Below, piece by piece: positions 35,626-47,964 of a stretch of DNA of 64,000 bases. Numbering within the stretch: position 1 is the stretch's first letter; every line of letters starts with the position of its first letter. Under the pieces are notes generated by a model. The model ran no database searches, was not told where the DNA came from, and saw only the letters and a program-made list of their open reading frames with translations. Both the position numbers and the translations under genes were made by a program. This DNA is from Camelus dromedarius (lineage: Eukaryota). The stretch lies in assembly GCF_036321535.1 (NCBI RefSeq), contig NC_087437.1, forward strand, positions 122,576,001-122,640,000, in the 5' to 3' direction.

Positions 35626-38546
35626 ATGATTTCTTTTTTGACCCATGTTATTTAGAAGTGTGTTTAATCTCCAAGTATTCTGGAATTTTCCACCTATCTG
35701 CTTTCTGTTACTGAATTCTAGTTTAATTCCGCTGTGGTATGAGGGGAGATGTTGTATGATTCCTCTCGTGAATTTTAAGATGTGTTCCTGTCACAGATCG
35801 GGGTCTGTCTGGGTGAATGTTCTGTGTGAGCCTGAGAATAGTGTGTGCCCTGCTGCTCCTGGATGAAATGGTCTGTAGGTGTCAGTTGTGTATGTTGCCT
35901 GATGGTGGTGGTCAGTGATTGCCTGCTGGATCTGACTGTTTCTGAGACAGGGCTTTCAGAGTCTCCAGCTTTGATAGTGGGTTCATCTGTTTCTCGCTGC
36001 AGTTGTATCACTCTCTGCCTCATACAGTTTGATGCTCTGTTGTTAGGTGCATACGTGTTAAGGACCACTAAGTCTTCCTGGAGAATTGACCCTTTGTCAT
36101 TATGTGATGCCCCTCACTGTCCCTGATAACTTTTCTTGCTTTAAAGTCTGCTCTGTCTGAAGCTATTCCTGCTTTCTTAACATGGTGTATCTTCATCCAT
36201 TTCCTTTTAATATACATGTGTCTTTATATTTCAAGTGGGTTTCTCATAGACAACATACAGTTGTTTTTTGATCCACTGTCTTAATTTGAGTATTTGGGCC
36301 ATTGGAATTCAAAGTGATTATTGATACAGCTGGATTAATAGCTACCATATTAATTACTGTTTTCTCTGTTGCTCTTCTTTGTTCCTGTTTTCTTCTTCTC
36401 TTTTTCTGCTTTTTATGTTTCTGTTTCTGTGTGTGTGTTTAGCACCTAAAGACAGGGAATTTAATCAGCATGAATAAAGGGTGAATTAATTCAGTGCTCA
36501 GGCATATGTTGGTTTAGAGCCTGACATGATCACATGTTGATAAATGTAAACTTAAGATACGTATTTTCATAAATTGATGGACTATCCACTTTGCAAACCA
36601 CTTCAAAGTTTAAAAAATTCTCAGTTGTAATCTCTCTCCTGAAGCTTACTTCATTTATCTGTTTATCTACCTGTGTATCTGTTTACAGTTTTATTGAGGT
36701 ATAACTGACAAAATTGTGAGATATTTAACGGTACAGTATGATGATTCGATATCTGTGTACATTGTCAAAGGGTTGTCCCCATTGAGCTGATTAATATATC
36801 CATAACCTCACATATTTACCTTTTTTGTTGTTGTTAGAACATTTAAACTCTATTTTTTTTTTTAGCAGATTTCACTTATACAACACAGTGTTTTCAACCG
36901 TAGTCACCGTGGTATACGAATAGATCCTCATACCTTTTTCATCTTGTAACTAGAAGTTTGTACATTTTACCAACCTCTCCCTATTTCCTGCACCTCCTCA
37001 GCCCCTGGCGAGCACTTTTCTCCTGTTTCTATGAGTTCAGGTATTTTTTTAGATTCATTATATGACACCTGCAGTATTTGTCCAGCTTATGTCACTTAGC
37101 ATAATGGCTTCTAGGTTCATCCATGTTGTTGCAAATGACAAGATTTTTTTTTCTTTTTAATGGCTGAATAATGCTCTGTTGTGTGTGTGAGTATATACAT
37201 CACATTTCTTTATCTATTCATCTGTCAGTGGACATTTAGTTTTTTTCCGTAACTTGGCTTTTGTGCTAATGCTGCAGTGAAGATGGGAGTGCAGACGTTT
37301 CTGAGATACTGGTTTCCTTTCCTCTGGATATAAATCCAGATCTGGAATTGCTGGACTGTGGTTCTGGTTTTAATTTTTTGAGGAGCCCTATGGTGGCTGC
37401 ACCAGTTTGCATTCCTGCTACCAATGGCTTTTCTCCACATCCTCTCCAGTTTTTGTCACTTGTCTTTTTGATAACAGACATCCTAACAGGTGCGAGGTGA
37501 TATCTCACTGTGGTTTCGATTGCTTTTCCCTGATGATTACTGATGTTGAGCACTTTTTCATGTACCTGTTGGCCATTTGTATGTCTTTGAAAAAATGGCT
37601 ATTCAGGGCCTTTGTCCAGTTTAAATGGGGTTACTGTTGTTACTATTTTTGCTTCTGAGTTGTATGAATTCCTTGTATATTTTGGATGTTAATCCCTTAT
37701 TAGATAGGTGTTTCACAGATACTGTCTCCCATTCTACAGTGTATCTTCTCATTTTGCTGATGGTTTCCTTTGCTGTGCAAAAGCTTTTTAGTTTGATGTT
37801 GTCCCACTTGTTTATTTTTGCTTTTGTTGCCTTTGCTTTTTGTGTCTAATCCGTAAAATTATTGGCAAGACCTGTGTCTCAAGGAGCTTACCCCTCTTGG
37901 TTTCTTCTAGGAGTTTTATGATTTTAGGTATTATGTTCAAGTCCTTAATCCATTTTGGGTTGATTTTTGTGTATGGTGTATGATAGGGGTCCATATTTAT
38001 TCTTTTGCAAGTGGTTATCCAGTTCTCCCAACACTGTTTTGAAGAGATTATTCTTTCCCCATTGTGTATTCTTGTTTTTTTTTGTTGAAAACTAATTAAC
38101 CTTATATGCATGGGTTGATTTCTGGGCTCTCTGTTCTGTTCTGTTGATCTGTTCTGTGTATCTGTTTTTATGCTAGTACCATACTGTTTTGATTACTGTA
38201 GTTTGAAATCAGGAAGTGTGATGCCTCCAGATTTGTTCTTCTTTATCAAGATTACTTTGGTTATTTGGGGTCTTTTAGGTTCCCTACAGATTTTAGGATT
38301 GTTTTTTCTATTTATGTGAAAAATGCCATTGGAATTTTGATAGGGATTGCATTGTTTCTTTAGGTTGTTTTGGGTAGTCCAGACGTGTAAACAGTACTAA
38401 TTCTTCCTATCCATGAACATGGGATATCTTTCCATTTGTTATGTCTTCTTCGGTTTCCTTCAATGTACAGATCTTCCACCCCCTTGGTTAAATTTATTCC
38501 TAGGTTTTATTCTTTTTGATGTAATTGTAAATGAGATTGTTTTCTT

Positions 38547-39669
38547 TCTTTTTTAAGTTGAAGTATAGTTGATTTACAATACTGTGTTAGTTTCAGATGT
38601 ACAGCAAAGTGATTCAGTTATATATATATATATATTTTGTATATATATTCATTCTTTTTCAGATTCTTTTTCATTGTAAGTTTTACAGGAGACTGAATAT
38701 AGTTCCCTGTGCTATACATTAAATCCTTGTTTGTCTATTTTATATATAATAGTGTGTATCTACTAATTCAATTTTATCCCCCCCCCCCTTTTCTCTTTGG
38801 TAACCATAATTTTGTTTTCTGTGTCTGTGAGTCTGTTTCTGTTTTGTAAATATGTTCATTTGTATTACTTTTTAGATTCCACATGCAATGATATCATATA
38901 ATGTTTGCCTTTCTCTGTCTGACTCACTTCACTTAGTATGATAATTTCTAGGTCCACCCATGTTGCTGCAAATGGCAATATTTTATTCTTTTTTATGGCT
39001 GAGAGTATTCCATTGTATATATACACCACATCTTCTTTGTCCAGTCATCTGTCGATGGACACTTAGGTTCCTTCCATATCTTGGCTATTGTAAATAGTGC
39101 TGTTATGAACATTGGGGTGCATGTATTGTCTCAAATTAGAGTTTTCATCTTTTTCAGATGTATGTCCAAGAGTAGGATTGTTGGATGATGTGATGACTCA
39201 ATTTTTAGTTTCTAAGTTACCTCCATACTGTTTTCCACAGTGGCTGCACCAATTTACATTCCTACGAACAGCGTAGGAGGGCTCCCTTTTCTCCACACCT
39301 TCTTCAGCATTTATTATTTGTAGACTTTTTATTGATGGATGGCCATTCTGACCAATGTGAGGTGATAACCTCATTATAATTTTGATTTACATTTCTCCAT
39401 CAATTACCAATGTTGAGCATCTTTTTGTGTGCCTGTTGGCCATCTGTGTGTCTTTGGAGAAATGTCTATAGGTTTTATGACTATTTTTTGATTGGGTTGT
39501 TTGTTGATACTGAGTTGTACAAACTGTTTTTATATTTTGGAAGTTACGCCTTTGTCAGTTGCCTTGTTTGCATATATTTTCTCCAATTCTGTAGATTGTC
39601 TTTTTTTTTGTTTGTTTGTGTATGGTTTCCTTTGCTGTGCAAAAGCTTATGAATAAGTTTGATTAGGTT
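38547..39669 (-). mobile_element. Younger 5'-truncated L1 nested in older L1
   Basis: L1 3'UTR and ORF2 end, flanked by TSD AATGAGATTGTTTTCTT (38530-38546) / AATGGGATTGTCTTCTT (39670-39686). Confidence 0.85.
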
Positions 39670-40420
39670 AATGGGATTGTCTTCTTAATTTCTCTTTCTG
39701 ATAGTTTGGTGTTAGTGTATAGAAATGCAACTGATTTTTGTATGTTGGTTTTGTATCCTGCAGCTGCACTGAATTCTTTTATCAGTTCTAACAATTTTTT
39801 GGTGGAGTGTGTAGGGTTTTCTCTATGTATTACCATGTCATCTTCAAATGGAGACATATTTACTTCTTCTTTTCCAATTTGGTTGCCTTTTATTTCCTTT
39901 TCTTGCCTCATGGCTCTGGATGGGACTTTATTGCTATGTTAAATAAAAATGGTGAGGGTGTGCATCCTTTTCTTATTCCTGATCTTAGAGGAAAAGCTCT
40001 GCTTTTTGAGGTTTTAATTGAGCATTTTGTATGACTCTGTTTTCTCTTCTTTCTTAGTGTATTGGTTATACTTCTTCCTTTTTGCTTTTTAAAGTGGTTG
40101 CCCCACAGTTTGTAACACACATTTGCAGCTGATGCAGATCTGCTTTGAACACTGTAATGCTTCATGGTAGTGTGGTTTATGATAACAGAATAATCCTGAG
40201 CCCCTCCTGTCCCTGTGTCGTCATTGCCATTGCTTTTATAATGTGTAAGCATAGCTGTATACGCATACATAAGCGCATACGGTCAAATACTGAGTTGCTG
40301 CTATTTTGCACAAATTGTTAGATTAATTAAGGATAAGAGAATTAAAAGTTTTAACTTTATCTTTAATCTTTCATTCCTTTCTCGGTACCTATCTTTATTT
40401 AGATCTGTGTTTCTGATCGA

Positions 40421-41090
40421 CAGGCAGACCTCAGACCTTGGAGATACATTGTGGGTTCAGTTCCAGACAACCACAGTAAAGCGAATGTCGCAATAAAGCG
40501 AGTCACAAGAATTTTTTTGTTTCCTAGGGCATATGAAGGTTATATTTACACTATACTATAGTCTGTTAAGTGTGCAATAGCATTATGTCTAAAGTAACAA
40601 TGTACATACATTAATTAACATATACCTTGCTGCTAAAAATGCTAACCATCATCTGAGCTTTCAGCAAATCGTAATCTTTTTGCAGCAGTAACATCAAAGA
40701 TTGTTGTTTGGAGGATATAGGCAGTATTTTGTAGTAACTGTAAATGGAGTGTAACATTCGAAACTTGAGTAAAGAAGGTGAGGAAACAGATTCTTCTCTG
40801 GAGCCTCCAGAAGGAATGCAATGGTGCTGACCCATTTTGGACTTCAGAACTTCAGTGAAATAATTAAAAAAACAAGTGAAGATCATTGACCACAGATTGC
40901 TACAACAAATACAATAATAATGAACGTTTGAAACATTGGGAGAATTACCAGAATGTGACACAGAGACATAAAGAGAGCAAAGGCTGCGGGAAGATGGCGC
41001 CAGTAGGCTTTTTCGATGTCGCGTTGCCCCAGACCTTCACTTTGTACAAAGCACAGCTTCTGTGAGGTGCAGTGAGGTGAGGTCTGCCTT
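40421..41090. mobile_element. Internally deleted Tigger1 (TcMar) with a small MLT-like insert
   Basis: Terminal inverted repeats CAGGCAGACCTC... / ...GAGGTCTGCCT. GTTCCAGAC..CAATAAAGCGAGTCAC..GTGTGCAATAGCATTATGTCTAAA matches the Tigger1 end. Confidence 0.85.
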
Positions 41091-42440
41091 AGATCATTTT
41101 CCTTCTCTCTGAAGAGCCTCTTTTAGCATTTATTGCAAGGCAGGCCTACTGGCAACAAATTCCCTCAATTTTTGTTTGTCTGAGAAAGTTTTTATTTTAT
41201 TCATTTTTGAAGGATAATTTCACAGGGTGCAGAATTCTAGATTGGTGAGTTTTTTCCTCTCAACCCCTTCAGTGTATCAGCCTGCTCTCTTCTTGCTTGT
41301 GTGTTTTCTGAGAACTCAGATGAAGTTTTATCTTTGTTCCTCATAGGTGAGGTGTTTTTTCCTCCAGCTTCTTTCGGGTTTGCTCTTGGTCTTCTGAGTT
41401 TCTGTAGTTTGAAAGCGGCTTGCCTAGTTGTACTTTCTTTTTAGCATTGATCCTTCTTGGTGTGCTCTGCGTTCCTGGGTCTGCGGGTCGGTGTTGGACA
41501 GTCATTTGGGGGCAGTTCTCAGTCAGTATTGTCTCTGGTGCTCCTTCTGTTCCTCCCTCTTGTTCTCCTGGTACTTCCATTGTGTGTGTTACACCTTCTG
41601 TAGTTTCCTGCAGCACTTGAGTATTTGGTTCTATTTTTCTAGGCTTTGTTCTCTTTGCTTTTCAGTCTTGGAGGTTCCTGTTGTCATGTGCTCAAGCTCA
41701 GAGACTCGCTGCTCACCTGTGCCCAGTCTACTGCTGAGCCCATCGAGGCACCCGTCATTCCTGTTACGTGGTTTTTGATCTCAAGCGTTTGCTTTTGGTT
41801 CTTTCTAAGATGGTTCATTTCTCTGTTTACATTGCCCTCCGTTTCTTGTCTGAGTCTGGTTCGGAGGCTTGCTGAGTCTCTCAGACTGTTACTTGCCCTT
41901 GAGTCTGTGTGCTCATTCTTGCGTGTTGGCCAGTCATGATGTACTGCATACAGGATCAGTGTGGACGGGCTTTAGTGATGTGGGGGAGGGAGTTGTCCTC
42001 CAGGCCTCGCCAGGCCACAGGGCTCGAGGAGCCTGGGCCTCTGCTCTGTGACCTTCGCAAGTGCGTCTCAGTTTCTTTCCCCCTTTTAGGTGGGATCGGA
42101 GGGGCTTGAGTTGGCTCTGTCTTTCCCCACCCTAGTTAGGCTCTGGTTAAACAGTTTCTCCTGAGGGCAGACCCTGTTAAGAAGGACAGAATATTCTGGC
42201 ATGTTTCAAAATGTTCCTTTTTAACCTGTGGAAGCACGAGGGGCCTTCTCTCTGCTACTTACCTTGGGACCCTGGTGGAGTCCAGGAGGGGAGCTCACGG
42301 AAGTGTGGGGCCTGTGGCTGGGCCCGTCTGGAGTTTCGGACTCTCGGGCTTCTCCACAATGAGCCCCCAGCAGTTCGTGTTTCCTCCCTGGACTCTGGTT
42401 CCAGGGGAGGTTCTGCTCCAGTGAGTTGTGGTTCTCTGTA

Positions 42441-42874
42441 CAGATCTTCCTCAACTTCCGACAGGGTCTCGTCCTGAGAAACCCGTCGTAAATTGCACGC
42501 ACCTAGGTCGGAAATGCGCATAGTACATCTGACCGACCGGACGTCCCCGCCTCGCCTCGCCTGCCGTAAGCGGGCTCGGAACGCTCACGCCGCCTACGGC
42601 TGGGCGCAGGTGTAACACAAAGCCCGTTTGGTACTGAAGTGCTGGCTGACGCTGCGTGGAAGGGAGGAGCTGGAGGGCTGTTGTCGCCGGCTGTTCATCC
42701 TCCTGATGCCCGGCCGCGAAGAGCCGTGGCCTGTGGGCACATGGTGTCACTGTGTGTGGCTGGTGGGAGAAGGGCAGAATTCAAAATTCAAAGCGTGGTT
42801 TCTGCTGAATGGCTATCGAACCATCGTAAAGTCGAAAACTCCCAAGTTGAACCTGGTGAGTCAGGGACCATGTG
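42441..42874. mobile_element. MER47/Tigger5-type DNA transposon
   Basis: TA|CAGATCTTCCTCAACTT.CGA... left end and ...CCATCGTAAAGTCGAAAA..GTCAGGGACCATGTG right end. Confidence 0.75.
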
Positions 42875-44006
42875 TGTTAGCCTCTCGATTTCTCCAGTTC
42901 TGGGCGCAGCAGTTTGCTCTTTGACCTCATTTCTCTTTCGGATCTAGGAAGAGTTGTTGATATTTCAGTTTGTTCAGCTTTTTACTTGTTAGGACAGAGT
43001 AGCCCCTTCCAAGCTTTCATCTGTTTGCCCCTCTCAGAGAGACACCACGGGGTACAGACAGGTGAGAGATTTCCAGAGAGGGCGGATGGTGGGAGGCCTG
43101 GACCAGAAAGGGCACCGCGAGGAGTGTTTGGCTGATGGAGCCATTCTGGGTCCTGACCGAGCTTACACAGACTGGTTCACTGTATGATCACTCAAAGACT
43201 AAACTTAAAAGTTACATGCTGTGCAGTTTTCACACGTGTGTGTGAATGGGTGTATGCGGGGGTGTGGGGGTGTGTGTGAGGGTGTGGGTGGATGTTCGGA
43301 CACACATCTCAGGTGAAAAAAGTGATGCCTTCTGCTGCTGGGTTTACTCATGATTTTTATTTTGTTTGTGCTTTTCTGAGTTTTCTCCGTTTTTCCATAC
43401 CGAACAAGTATTTCTTCTGTAACAATAGCTGCCTGCAGTTATTTAAGAGAAGCAACCCCCCGGCTTCCCATCTGCCACGAGACACAGCGTCTCTGGCCCC
43501 CTGGCTCCCTGGTGCACCCTGGGGTGCCGGCACCCGCATCCTGCCTTCCGGGCGAGCGCAGTGGCGTTTGGCTGCTCTTCTCACTTGCGCTGTGGCCTCC
43601 TGCTTTGATGTTTTTAAGAAGTGACTGCAGTCAACTTAAAGGGCTGTGAAGATTCTGGGACCACCCAGACCATGCCGCGTTGCTGGAGAGTTAAGACCCT
43701 GCGGCACCAGCTCCTAAATGTGTGGGAGCAGCTGGTTCCTGGGTGACCAGTGGGCGAGAGGGCGCTTTCCCTGACCTTGGCCATGCGCACCGGTGAATCC
43801 TGATGTGGATCACGGGACATAAACCCTGGCTGGGATAGAGTCAGTGACCATGTCTGGGGGGGTGCGAGCGCGTTCCTCCAAGTGGACCGGGCGGCGGTTG
43901 CTCTCGAGGGTGACAACTGTGCAGACCCCCGAGGGTGTGATGTAGCGAGGGGTTGGCAGACAGGGCTCTCAGTCAGCACGTCTTCTGTGTGTCTCCTCCC
44001 GTGCAG

Positions 44007-44182
44007 TTTGAGTTCATGATTGAGTCCATCCTGTATGCCCGGGATGCCTGGCTGAAGGAGGGCGGGGTCATCTGGCCGACCTCGGCCGCCCTGCACCTCG
44101 TGCCCTGCAGCGCCGACAGAGACTACCGCAGCAAGGTGCTCTTCTGGGACAACGCCTATGAGTTTGACCTCAGCGCCCTCAA
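44007..44182 (+). CDS. PRMT2: PRMT2 coding exon 6 (end of double-E loop, motif III)
   Basis: FEFMIESILYARDAWLKEGGVIWPTSAALHLVPCSADRDYRSKVLFWDNAYEFDLSAL(K); phase-2 donor AA|gtgagt. Confidence 0.98.
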
Positions 44183-44841
44183 GTGAGTGTCGGCTGGCTT
44201 TCCTGGCCTCTTGGCGGGGCAGAGTGGCCGCTCGGTCTAGAATACGCCACAACCCTGATCTAAGACATGACTTAGACACATTACCTTACAGGCCTTTAAA
44301 CTGATAACATGTGATGGGGATTGAACTGTCCCGTTCATAAGACCCCAATTATAGTGGGAAAATAAGGTCATGTGTATGAACACGTGGGCCATTAAACACA
44401 ACTGGAAGTTCCCACTAAGAGCCATACATTTTTCATAAGTCAGAAAATGTGTTAGTGAAGTCCTTCCTGGCACTTTGCAAAGAAAGCAGTACTCCAGAAT
44501 AGATGGTTTCCTGGTTTTGAACATACGGACATGCTTGTAGTGGAGCTTCAGGTTTTAACATAAAGTGATCTCCTCACAAGGCCTTCACATCTGCAGTGTT
44601 GCCTCACCAGAGGAGGGCGGTGACATCCACGAGCTGCTTCCCCAGGGCGGCAGGGAGGAGGCAGGAGGCACCCAGCCTCAGCCCTGGGAATCAGGGAATC
44701 AGGGAGAGCCTCCTTTGTCAGAAACTGCAGGAAACTTCTGTTCGTGAGCCTGGACACCTGCTGGATGCCCAGATAGGGAGTTGGCAGCAAGACGCGAGGG
44801 CTCTGGGCCTTTTTATTTTGTTATTTAAAAACTCACAAACT

Positions 44842-45010
44842 GGGGAGGGTATAGCTCAGTGGTAGAGCATGTGCCTAGCATGCATGAGGTCCTGTACCTC
44901 CATTACCTCCATTAAAAAATAAAGAAAGAACAATAAAGAAACCTGATTACCTCTGCCCACTTCCACACACACACACACAAAACTCAAAAAAAAAAAGAAA
45001 AAGAAAAAAA
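44842..45010 (+). mobile_element. tRNA-derived SINE (Vic-1-like), B-box apparently deleted
   Basis: GGGGAGGGTATAGCTCAGTGGTAGAGCATGTGCCTAGCATGCATGAGGTCCTG followed by an A-rich tail. Confidence 0.85.
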
Positions 45011-45174
45011 ATGAACATAAAGGTATAGAATCTTCCCCAGTTAATGTGCTGGATCATTGCACTGTCAGCCCAAATCCCAGAGCGGGTGGAGGGGAAGGTC
45101 TCTGACAGAGCTGTTCCTGGTTTGTGCAGGACAGATGCACAGGAAGGGCTGAGGGGGTTGTTGTTGTTTTCCAG

Positions 45175-45290
45175 GTTTTTTGGGAGGTGATGATTAGGTT
45201 TATTTATTTTAATGGAGGACTAGGGATTGAACCCAGGACCTCGTGCATGCTGGGCACATGCTCTACCACTGAGCTACAGTACCCTCCCCC
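45175..45290 (-). mobile_element. tRNA-derived SINE (Vic-1-like)
   Basis: The - strand reads GGGGAGGGTACTGTAGCTCAGTGGTAGAGCATGTGCCCAGCATGCACGAGGTCCTGGGTTCAATCCC. Confidence 0.85.
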
Positions 45291-45496
45291 TCCCAACCCC
45301 CGGCTGGGAGGGTTTTGAAAAGAGCAAGGAGGAGAGTCTCATGCTGCCTCGTGTGCACATCGTGATAATGAAGGCAACGGGAAAGACAGGTGAGCAGAGC
45401 AGCAGGCTAGGAAGCTCTGATTGGAGTGTGTTGGGAGAGGGCACATCATGAGCTGGAGGGAGGAGGGCTGAGGCCACACATTACCTGGGGACAGCC

Positions 45497-45520
45497 AACC
45501 CTAACCCTAACCCTTACCCT
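45497..45520. repeat. Short telomere-type (AACCCT)x4 tract
   Basis: AACCCTAACCCTAACCCTTACCCT. Confidence 0.8.
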
Positions 45521-45808
45521 TGGAGAAGGCGTCTGTTCCCTACACCTTATGTTAAAACTTAATTCCACATGGATTCCATGTCCTCTGGGTATGTGAGACC
45601 CCACCAGCAGGGCAGAGGGAGGTGCCTGTTGCTCCCACACCCAGCTGCTGTCCAGGCAGAGGCTCAGCAGGCTGTCCTGCAGGAGGGCACCGAGGGCCCT
45701 GGCCACCTGCAGGGCGAGGCAGCACCGCTCAGCGGGATACTGGAACTGATACAGAAGACTGTGACATGTGTGGTCGGATCCTGAGCGCTCACTTTGACTT
45801 TTCCCCAG

Positions 45809-45938
45809 ATCTTTAGCAATTAAGGAGTTTTTTTCGAAGCCCAAATATAACCACATCTTGAAACCAGAAGACTGTCTCTCTGAGCCCTGCACCATCTTAC
45901 AGCTGGACATGAGAACGGTGCAGATCACCGATCTGGAG
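45809..45938 (+). CDS. PRMT2: PRMT2 coding exon 7
   Basis: (K)SLAIKEFFSKPKYNHILKPEDCLSEPCTILQLDMRTVQITDLE; cag| and |gtgagg. Confidence 0.97.
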
Positions 45939-46639
45939 GTGAGGAGAGGTGACGCTTCCTTCTACACCAAGTAACCATTGTTCAAATAAACGGCTTAAAC
46001 TTTCTGCTGTTGATTTGCCCTCAGTCTTTCTTACGTTCTATTCTGATGTCGCTGTCTATATTTTTAGGTTGTTTTCTTTATAGTTAACCTCTTTAACATC
46101 TTCAGTTACTTTTTAGATTTATGTTTAATATTCTCAGCATCCTCCGATTCAAATAAATCATATAAGTTTCACCATAGAAGTTGAATTAAATTTTTTTCTA
46201 AGTTTTTTAGCTCCCAGTGAAGACAGAATTCCTAAGAATGTTTCTTTTACTTACCCTCTGTGACCACGAGGTGGCGCGTGTGGGTTCAGAACGACCCGTT
46301 TTAAGGGCTGCTCGAGGCGGAGGAGACCCGGTTGCAGAACTTGGACGGGCTGAGCCATGTGCAGACTGAACTTTGGAGGCTGTAGTTAGTTTGGGATCCG
46401 GAGCTTTCTATCTGTGCGAAGAAATGAAAAGTTTTCCGCTCGAATCCGGGAACAGAAAGTCAGGCGAATGAGGCCCAGACTGCTCGAAACCTTTTCTGAT
46501 TTTGTGCGGCCTTTGAATTCAGGATGCAGGTTTTGCCGTGTGATGTGCGCAACTGCACTAGCGGGCTGTGGTGCGTGTGTAATTCCGCGTGGTGCGGGGT
46601 CCAGGCGGGCCCCTTTCTCACTGGTTTGCTTGCACACAG

Positions 46640-46776
46640 ACGATGAGAGGCGAGCTGTGCTTTGACATCAGGAAGGCAGGCACCCTGCACGGGTTCACAG
46701 CCTGGTTCAGCGTCCGGTTTCAGAACCTGGAGGAGGACGAGCCACAGCTGGTGCTGAGCACGGGCCCGCTGCACCC
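46640..46776 (+). CDS. PRMT2: PRMT2 coding exon 8
   Basis: TMRGELCFDIRKAGTLHGFTAWFSVRFQNLEEDEPQLVLSTGPLH(P); phase-2 donor CC|gtgagt. Confidence 0.97.
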
Positions 46777-47792
46777 GTGAGTGCGCCTCGCGCCGCGCAG
46801 CCCTTCCGGGACCGCAGGCCCCTCCCCGCCCGCCTCAGGCTCCCCCCACCCTCGGTTGCCTCGACGCTGCTGCAGCTTCTTGTGGTCGGAGTCCCCCGGG
46901 GTTTCACTCGGACTGGACTCTGGGTCAGCCGATGTCTTCCTGAGCACGTGTTTGGCGCAGTGCTGTCCTGGCTGCAGGCTGGCTCCTGCGCGCTGGGGAG
47001 CGCACGGCATCCCTTCTGGTGCGGGACGCGGTAGCCTTCGCTGGGGGTTTGCGCGGTCCTTCCGCCCCGGGGAGCATCGCCCAGGCCCGGGTCAGGCGCT
47101 CCATGGCCCTTGGGTCCCGGAGGACCTCAAGAGAGGAGCCGTTTGCCCGGAGCGGCCGGTGGAGGCGGCGGGGCAGGGACTCCGGCCAGGCCACCTTCCA
47201 GGGCCGCGCGGGTGCGAGCTGTCGCGGGGTGGAGGTTGAGGGTAGGAGCCTTGGGAACCACCCGGGATGCTGGGTGCCTGTCAGTTTCCCTCCTGAGCGT
47301 CTGCTGTGGGGTCCTCCACACAGGTGATATGGGACGAGGTGGGGTGTGGGCCAGGGAAAGAGACCCCCCCACGGTGGCCCAGGGGTTGCCCAGGAGTCAG
47401 GGAGGACAGGTCATGATGGGGGAGAGGTTAGCCAGAGCCTCACTGCTTGGTGTCCCCTTGAGCCAACAACCTCAGACCCCCGGGGGGACCGCTTTCCCCC
47501 AAATGCTGCCTGTGTCTTGCTCACATTTGACCTTTCACAGAAATAACAGCTTTTTGGGGGGACACGATTTCATTGGTGGCTTTGGGTGGACACTGCTGTG
47601 CCAGCACGTGGAGGCTGGGGCTGGGGAACAGGCGCCAGGCAGGACCCCCACGCCTCAGGGAACCTGAGCAGCACCCAGGGCTGCATCCTCGCCCTACAAG
47701 GCGGGAGTGTGTCTGTCCCAGTGGGAGCCTGCAGCCAGGCGCCTGACAGGGTGGGAGGGCGTCTTGGGTGACACCGCGTCCCTGTCTTGCAG

Positions 47793-47964
47793 CACCACCC
47801 ACTGGAAGCAGGTGCTGTTCATGATGGACGAGCCCGTCTCGGTCCACGCGGGAGATGTGGTCACCGGTGCAGTTGTGCTACAGAGAAACCCAGTGTGGAG
47901 GCGGCACATGTCTGTCACCCTGAGCTGGTCCATCACTTCCAGACAAGACCCTGCGTCGCCGAAA
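47793..47964 (+). CDS. PRMT2: PRMT2 coding exon 9 (THW loop)
   Basis: (P)TTHWKQVLFMMDEPVSVHAGDVVTGAVVLQRNPVWRRHMSVTLSWSITSRQDPASPK; donor |gtaagg. Confidence 0.97.

Larger units (their letters stand above)
35200..43020 (-). mobile_element. Nested L1 cluster filling the largest PRMT2 intron (mostly antisense; short + strand piece at ~35200-35500)
   Basis: Multiple L1 ORF2 peptides in the ORF track, e.g. [61 protein letters not shown]. Confidence 0.85.

Noticed and set aside
44842..44900. Possible tRNA gene (A-box TAGCTCAGTGG)
   Set aside because: No complete cloverleaf, an A-rich tail, and several diverged copies in the window, so it is a SINE.
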